Shown one piece after another: positions 61,201 to 64,000 of a DNA stretch of 64,000 nucleotides. Position 1 is the first letter of the stretch, and each line of letters starts with the position of its first letter. Location of the stretch: NCBI GenBank assembly GCA_963699545.1, contig CAVOUE010000010.1, positions 1 to 64,000 of the forward strand. Direction: 5' to 3'. The stretch is from Nitrospirota bacterium (GTDB taxonomy: Bacteria; Nitrospirota; Thermodesulfovibrionia; Thermodesulfovibrionales; UBA9159). The position numbers were made by a program, and so were the translations under genes. The notes below the pieces were generated by a model, which saw nothing but the letters and a program-made list of their open reading frames with translations, was not told the origin of the DNA and did not search any database.

Positions 61201-61389
61201 CATTTTCCGCTGACCCTCGTCACCGGCGCCGGCGCCGCTGCCCGTAACTCCATCGGTCTTGTGCTGGTGGGCGGCATGTTCGTCGGCACTCTCTTCACCC
61301 TTTTCGTCGTTCCCTCGATTTACATGCTCATAGCACGCGACCACACCAAAGACCGCGAACGCGAAGCGGTCATCGCGTCGGGACCCTGA
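58284..61389 (+). CDS. RND efflux permease (AcrB/MexW-like); many frameshifts
   Basis: FIRRPV, GLVVDDAIVVVEN, ALTLSP, SKNGILIVEFAN, RLRPILMT across multiple frames. Confidence 0.85.
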
Positions 61390-61490
61390 CCTCCTGAACA
61401 TATCAGTCTTGATCTTGTCTCCTTATCTGATACAATAAATTGATCCGCGATGCGAACACAACCATTGCATAAATGAATGGAGGCATGAGC

Positions 61491-62054
61491 ATGGAAGAAA
61501 CTTTCACTATTCTCGGTTTTGCCGGAAGCCTGCGGAAGGGCTCTTTCAATAAAGCCCTCTTACGGGCTGCCCTGGAACTCCTTCCGGAAGATGTAAAACT
61601 CGATGTGTTTGATCTTGATGGGATCCCTCCCTACAACCAGGATCTGGAAAATCAGCCTGTACAAAAGGTTAAGGAGTTCAAGGCCAAAATAAAAGCTGCC
61701 GATGCTATTCTCATAGCTACGCCTGAATACAATTACTCCATTCCAGGCGTGTTGAAAAATGCCATCGACTGCGCTTCCCGACCCTATGGAGATAACGCGT
61801 TCGCACATAAGCCGGTGGCTATCATGGGCGCTGCCCCCGGCATGCTGGGGACCGCGAGGGCCCAGTATCATTTGCGGCAATGCTTTGTTTTCCTGAGTTG
61901 TTTTGCCCTGAACCAACCGGAGGTCATGGTATCCTTTGCCCAGGAAAAGATTGACAAGGACGGCAAGGTGACCGATCAGAAGACGAGAGAGCTCATTAAG
62001 CAACTGCTGGAGAACCTTGTTGCCTGGACCAGAAGATTGACACCTCCTAAGTGA
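61491..62054 (+). CDS. NADPH-dependent FMN reductase (ChrR/azoreductase-like)
   Basis: GSLRKGSFN, TPEYNYSIPGVLKNAID, GTARAQYHLRQ. Confidence 0.92.
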   Translation: MEETFTILGFAGSLRKGSFNKALLRAALELLPEDVKLDVFDLDGIPPYNQDLENQPVQKVKEFKAKIKAADAILIATPEYNYSIPGVLKNAIDCASRPYGDNAFAHKPVAIMGAAPGMLGTARAQYHLRQCFVFLSCFALNQPEVMVSFAQEKIDKDGKVTDQKTRELIKQLLENLVAWTRRLTPPK

Positions 62055-62214
62055 AAACGAAAGGTTGCAGGAATAGCTCTCTTTTTTCTTGAATCCGCGC
62101 AGTGCACCTGAAAACTAACATTGTTTCCGTGCTGGCGAATAATGTGTGATTCACCGACAACTAAACACTTTTCAAAAAGTGAAACAGTTGAGGATTTACG
62201 ATTGAAATCCACAC

Positions 62215-62248
62215 AAAAAAAGAGGGAGGCAATAGCCCCGCCCTTTCT
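62215..62248 (-). terminator. Rho-independent terminator
   Basis: Minus strand AGAAAGGGCGGGGC-TATT-GCCTCCCTC followed by T7. Confidence 0.6.
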
Positions 62249-62509
62249 CATATTACCGAACTCCGCCAGCGAAGGCACGGACGTAAATGAGGACAAAAAG
62301 CGCGGTTGGTATAATATGAAACAATTGTCTTGCTCATCTCCGGGTATACTTTACCTCTTAGACAACCTCTTACGTATTAACTTCACGAATGAATACTTGC
62401 GGTTCGATAAGAGTTGTTATTTACGCCAGCTGGTCAGCACTGACCGATATGTGAAACATTTTACAAAATACCAGAGTTCACTCAATAGCATAAATTTGAG
62501 CTAACATCG

Positions 62510-63265
62510 TCAAATCCTCATCCCGCCGTCAACTTCCAGAAAACGTCCTGTGAAAAAGTCATTTCTTATGATGAACTGGACAGCTTGTGATACTTCCTCT
62601 ATCGCGCCGAGCCTGCCCATCGGAATGGTCTGAATAATCCTGTTTAGCATATCCTCTCTGATCGTTTGCAACATCTCGGTATCGATAAATCCCGGGGCGA
62701 CGGCAGCAACTCTTATCCCGAACTTTGAAAGTTCTTTTGCCAACGTCACCGTCATCGCATCCACTGCGCCCTTGGAGGCAGAATAGTTCACTTGTCCCAC
62801 GTTGCCGCAGCGGCTTATGGAGGAAATATTGATTATCACACCTTTTACACCGTGCTTCACCATGTGGTAGGCAACCTCCCTTGAGAATAAGAATACGCCC
62901 GTAAGATTTATGTTAATAACCCTCTGCCAATTTTCATAAGGAAATTTCGTTACCTCCTCCCCTTTCTTCTTGATAAAGAGGCAGTCTGCTGTTATTCCAG
63001 CGTTGTTGATAAGTACGTCAGGAGGACCATACTCTTGGGTATATTTTTCGACAAAGGCTTCCACATTCTTCTCGTTGCTTACGTCAACAACCTTGCCCGG
63101 GATATCCGCCTCCTGTTTCAATGCATCGAGATGTTCCTGGTGAAGACACAAGACGTAAGGATTGGCACCGAGCGCCTTCAGGTCTAATGCGTATTGCCGT
63201 CCCAGCCCTCTTCCGCCGCCCGTAATAATTATGTTTTTGCCTGTGATGTCCATGACGTTCCTCAT
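62510..63265 (-). CDS. SDR family 3-oxoacyl-ACP/CoA reductase-like
   Basis: TGGGRGLG, NNAG, YSASK, APG, VDGG. Confidence 0.9.
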   Translation of the reverse strand: MRNVMDITGKNIIITGGGRGLGRQYALDLKALGANPYVLCLHQEHLDALKQEADIPGKVVDVSNEKNVEAFVEKYTQEYGPPDVLINNAGITADCLFIKKKGEEVTKFPYENWQRVININLTGVFLFSREVAYHMVKHGVKGVIINISSISRCGNVGQVNYSASKGAVDAMTVTLAKELSKFGIRVAAVAPGFIDTEMLQTIREDMLNRIIQTIPMGRLGAIEEVSQAVQFIIRNDFFTGRFLEVDGGMRI

Positions 63266-63344
63266 TTCCGCACTACATGTTCAGTTTTAGAAACTGTTTG
63301 GACCCAAGGGATTGGCCTTTGTTTCGAACCTGTTGTTCAAATTA

Positions 63345-63650
63345 CTAACGGCTCATGAGCAGGTCGATCGCAACTTCGCTAAAGTAGTTGCATCTATTTC
63401 CGTCATCACGAGCAGGGTCTATCGGACCTTTCCGCTTCGCGCTGGCATTTGCCTCATGCCCAGCACTGCCTAAATTCATGGCAGCCATATTTACTTCCTT
63501 TTCCGTCAATAATCCCTTGAACCTCCCGTCGTCTTCGAGAACAACGACCATATCCGCCTGTTTCTCTCTCATCTTTTTTGCGGCCGTACGGATCGATGCC
63601 GTAGGCCGAATTGTGACGATATCCCTGTGCAACAGCTGACTTGATATCAT
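63345..63650 (-). CDS. CBS domain protein
   Basis: VTIRP..SI..AAKKM...VVV.....FKGLLTEKE; SD AGGAGGTG. Confidence 0.7.
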   Translation of the reverse strand: MISSQLLHRDIVTIRPTASIRTAAKKMREKQADMVVVLEDDGRFKGLLTEKEVNMAAMNLGSAGHEANASAKRKGPIDPARDDGNRCNYFSEVAIDLLMSR

Positions 63651-63760
63651 ATTCACCTCCTTGGGCCAATCCCCTTGGCCAAAATAGTCCCGATTTTCCG
63701 GCCCACATCATTTTTGTGGTTTTAGCCAGTTTTATAATTACAGATTTACTATACATAGTA

Positions 63761-63802
63761 ATATTATTCTCAAGTCAGGAGCTTGTCATTGATATTTGTC
63801 AA
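63761..63802 (-). promoter_or_regulatory. FNR/Crp-type box with class II spacing upstream of CBS-SDR
   Basis: TTGAC-AAAT-ATCAA (63802-63789), centred at -41.5 if TAATAT (63766-63761) is the -10 box. Confidence 0.55.
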
Positions 63803-63908
63803 GGAATGTATGCATAAATATCAAGCTGTTAAGACTTTTCAAACGGATAATGCTCAGACTTGTGATAGGTCCTTCAGTATTGAGGAGGCAAAAGAGGCTG
63901 AACAGGAT

Positions 63909-64000
63909 TTACAACCCACATCCTTGCTTCAGGCTGCAGGTATCGTTGACGATCAATGAACCCTTATCTCTCGTGATGATCTTTTCTTGTTCCAGTTTCT
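63909..64000 (-). CDS. C-terminal fragment, possibly of a Crp/Fnr-family regulator
   Basis: KLEQEKIITRDKGSLIVND...* resembles the wing after a Crp HTH; only 29 aa visible. Confidence 0.4.
   Translation of the reverse strand, partial: KLEQEKIITRDKGSLIVNDTCSLKQGCGL

Noticed and set aside
255-62504. Long antisense or alternate-frame ORFs in the track (e.g. 13316-14353, 50697-51608, 58606-59607, 62121-62504)
   Set aside because: Most are shadows of well-supported genes and none has recognisable motifs.
1-64000. rRNA, tRNA, CRISPR, integrase/transposase, prophage or known defence systems
   Set aside because: No supporting motifs found on either strand.

Overview
Gene-dense bacterial chromosomal window with about 60 CDS. 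I see no rRNA, tRNA, CRISPR array, prophage or intact IS. Gene content (multiheme cytochrome, selenoprotein, glycogen genes, palindromic and heptamer repeats) suggests an anaerobic Nitrospirota- or Desulfobacterota-like organism; this is an unverified inference. Single-base frameshifts occur even in polA and queE, so this is probably an error-containing long-read assembly. Highlights: (1) a phoB-phoR-phoB locus followed by GH1, PHP, GT21 and OlsF-like genes, with two promoters of identical Pho-box-like geometry, suggesting phosphate-starvation membrane-lipid remodelling with an unusual enzyme set; (2) a six-gene operon with a secreted His/Cys-rich beta-propeller carrying CxxCH, a MacB/FtsX ABC system, NosL, DUF4418 and TPR proteins but no nosZ, a candidate undescribed metalloprotein maturation system; (3) an arsenosugar-type cluster with a UGA/SECIS selenoprotein ArsS; (4) repeat elements inserted in-frame in mnmA; (5) recurrent leaderless promoters.
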